A stretch of 63,392 nucleotides of DNA, the filler included, from Olpidium bornovanus S191 (Eukaryota > Fungi > Olpidiomycota), in NCBI GenBank assembly GCA_017911155.1. It is 31 parts of 31 records of this genome, joined end to end, with 100 filler letters (N's around TTAATTAATTAA, not from the genome) between each part and the next. Parts side by side here need not be neighbours in the genome. Positions count along the whole stretch, not along the records: positions 60,893 to 61,959 come from JAEFCI010000198.1; positions 62,060 to 63,392 come from JAEFCI010005586.1; 29 more parts are not named here. One strand, written 5' to 3'. The notes beneath the pieces are model-generated. The model was not told where the DNA came from, did no database searches, and saw nothing but the letters and a program-made list of their open reading frames with translations. Shown in pieces: positions 61,049-63,392 of the stretch. Made by a program: the position numbers and the translations under genes. Position 1 is the stretch's first letter. Each line of letters starts with the position of its first letter.

Positions 61049-61675
61049 GGCTCACCCAGCGCAGGTAGTGCGCCGGAGGCGAGGCGCAGCTCAATCTGTC
61101 CGCCTGTCATTGAGCTGCGACTCGCCTGCGGCTCACCAACAGCGCTGGGTGAGCGCTGTTGGTGAGCCATTCGGACCACGTAAACCAGAGTGCATGAATA
61201 GGTCATGTGTTCCAATCATCGTACATCCTTTTTTTTTCCAACGGTCTGGAAAAACGGAGAAAAAAGTAACGGAGACAAGAGGCTTCTGATTGGCTGAGGT
61301 TGATGACACACGGACAGACCGACGTTCATCACGGCAGATTGAGCTGGGACTCGCCTGCGGCTCACCAACAGCGCTGGGTGAGCCCTAGTTCGAATATCCC
61401 GGCTGCTTGTTCGCACTTTTTGCATCCCGGGGCGGCGGGAGCCCTTACCCAGCACCCGGAGGGGGGTTTGGGGGGAGGGGGCTCTGAGAGGCTCTGATTG
61501 GCTGAGCTCGATGACAGACGGACGGACGTCGTTCACGCCAGACATGGGTGAAACCCTAACGGGCTCACCCAGCACACAACCATTTGAATTCCAATCTTTT
61601 TGATTCTGGATTTAAGATCACCACCACCATGGCTCACCCAGCGCTGTTGGTGAGCCGCAGGCAAGTCGCAGCTCA
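61049..61675. repeat. Cluster of four ~45-bp hairpin-forming repeats in both orientations
   Basis: Unit TGAGCTGCGACTCGCCTGCGGCTCACCAACAGCGCTGGGTGAGC. Forward copies at 61111 and 61340, reverse copies at 61049 (diverged) and 61631, half-units at about 61442 and 61561. Confidence 0.92.
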
Positions 61676-62143
61676 TTTTCCTCATTGTTTTATTGGGTCA
61701 CGTTGGTCGATTTTGCATTCAAACGTCGGGGCTTTCGCCGTAAATTTCGGCTTGCGTCTGCGTGATTGACTAAAGTTGGCGATTACAGCGCTGCCCAGCA
61801 TTTCCAATTCCCCCTACCCCGGCCCTGGGACGTGCCTGTTGGCCACGCGCAACGGATTATTCCCCCAGCTGGCCAGCTCTGCCCAGCTGCGCGACGGGCC
61901 TTTGAGGGGTTCTCGTTCACAGGCGGGGGGGGGGGGGGGGGGGGGCCCAAAACCCCGGCNNNNNNNNNNNNNNNNNNNNNNNNNNNNNNNNNNNNNNNNN
62001 NNNTTAATTAATTAANNNNNNNNNNNNNNNNNNNNNNNNNNNNNNNNNNNNNNNNNNNNCGGGCCCGCGAAACGTAAAAATTAAAAAAAAAAAAAAAATA
62101 TAGAGTAAGCCGACTTCGCGGCGGACCCGAACCGCTACGGGTG

Positions 62144-62277
62144 GTTACGGTAACGTGACGTGGGTGTTACGGTCACGTGGCGTGACGCTACAGTCACGGG
62201 CGTGACGGCGAAAGCGGAAAAAAACTCCTGTAGCCCATAACCTAACGGTTCGGGAATAACCTAACGGCTCGGGAATA
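62144..62277. repeat. GT(C/T)AC-GT(G/A)AC mini-inverted repeats plus a 19-bp tandem repeat
   Basis: GTTAC-g-GTAAC, GTCACG-tgg-CGTGAC and GTCACG-gg-CGTGAC. ATAACCTAACGG(T/C)TCGGGA occurs twice at 62237-62274. Confidence 0.75.
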
Positions 62278-62683
62278 ATACGGCAGGCGGACAAAACAGC
62301 GTCCTGACCGAAAATGTAAAAAAAATCCCCAGATTGATCGAGATGGGGTATGCTCGGCACGGCTTTCTCGCGGGTTGTGGGTTGTAGGCAAATTAGGGCG
62401 GGACTCGAACGAGTCCGCTCGTCCCCAAATTTTCTCGTCGCAGTTTCAGGCGAAGCTCTCTCGGGCGCATTTCCGGCAAACGGATCACTGGATTATCGTT
62501 ACCGCGTTGCAAAGAGGACTCTCCCAATAGTAATTCCTCGAAATGTGTGTGCGTATGGGTGTATGTGAGGGGGGGGGGGGGGGGGAATGGGGTATAGGGC
62601 GTGTAATACTCGGACTTCGAGCCGAAACCAAGGACGAAAAAGTAATATACACAGGAAAAGCAAAAAGACCCGGCCATTTTCTT

Positions 62684-63336
62684 TCACTCCACGTCTCCGC
62701 GCGAATTCCCTGCGAGCGCCTCGGCGTCCCGCCAGTTCCTACGAAAGTACTCGACGGTCTCCTGGATGCCCTGGGAGACTGAGAAGCGAGGCTGCCAGCC
62801 GAGAAAGGTCTTGGCGCGGCTGATGTCCGGCCTGCGCTTCCGCGGGTCGTCCATCGTAGCGGGCATCCACCGGATGGAAGCCGCGCGGTTGACGTGGTCG
62901 CGCACGAACCGAGCGAACTCGTAAATCGTAAACTCCTCCGGGTTGCCCAGATTGACAGGCTCGGAATAGTTGCGCGCCATCAGGAGGATCAGGCCGTCGA
63001 CGAGGTCGTGGATGTACTGGAACGACCGCGTCTGCGAGCCGTCCCCGTAGATTGTCAGGTTTTTGCCCCAGAGCGTCTGCATGATAAAGTTGGAGACGAC
63101 CCGGCCGTCCTCTTGGTTCATCCGCGGGCCGAACGCTGGGGCCGTCGCGCGCGCGTGCAGTCAGGGGACGCTGGCGGGCGGGATCTCGGTGGCGTGGTTG
63201 CCAGCAGCAAACGGACGCGCGCCACTCACTGTTGAATATTCTTGCCACACGTACGTCTACGTCATCTTGATGCATGTATGAATATGTGAGGGTCTCGGCG
63301 ACCCGCTTTCCTTCGTCGTAACACGCCCGGGGGCCG
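62684..63336 (-). CDS. UXS1: UDP-glucuronate decarboxylase (UDP-xylose synthase), last 2 exons
   Basis: Exons 63336-63230 and 63135-62684. [23 protein letters not shown]|TFGPRM...[52 protein letters not shown]. Confidence 0.97.
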
Positions 63337-63392
63337 CTGCCAACGGTTGCAAAAAAACTCAATCTGGGTGGTTCGGAAACAACTCGCAAAAC

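Noticed and set aside
18097-61560. Telo-box AAACCCTA as a promoter motif
   Set aside because: Only two occurrences noticed (18097 and about 61552), which is not distinguishable from chance.
62395-62420. GTTCGAGTCC on the minus strand as a tRNA T-loop or B-box
   Set aside because: The flanks do not form a T-stem or cloverleaf. It is part of a simple hairpin.

Overview
This window is not one locus. It is a pseudo-scaffold of 31 short contigs (about 1.0-4.6 kb) joined by 30 identical 100-bp artificial linkers (44 N + TTAATTAATTAA + 44 N), so gene order across linkers means nothing. The DNA is eukaryotic, GC-rich and intron-rich, with many homopolymer tracts and microsatellites. Most real genes are spliced (GT-AG) and are missed or fragmented by the supplied ORF track. 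By manual splicing I recognise mitochondrial Hsp60, a PRL/PTP4A phosphatase, mitochondrial Hsp70, a lebercilin-like coiled coil, bL21m, an AROS-like protein, a class IV chitin synthase, an animal-type class III adenylyl cyclase, Rho-GDI, DPH5, a complete cytochrome P450, a SCAR/WAVE C-terminus, a receiver-like domain, NOT3/5, a secreted DUF3455-like protein, CTF8, PUS7, CEF1/CDC5L, a Gemin6-like protein, METTL16 and UXS1, plus decayed Ty3/gypsy and Ty1/copia fragments. All family calls rest on recalled motifs, not database searches. Chitin synthase together with SCAR/WAVE, PRL, lebercilin-like and animal-type cyclase points (inference) to an early-diverging zoosporic fungus. The texture is reminiscent of Olpidium, which I cannot verify. 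The most interesting non-coding signals are a ~715-bp tail-to-tail inverted pair of a GC-rich, poly(A)-ended element, a cluster of nested hairpin repeats, a recurrent GTCACGTGAC promoter palindrome, and sense-strand poly(A) tracts just upstream of six start codons. Contig ends are strongly enriched for CATG, probably a library artefact.
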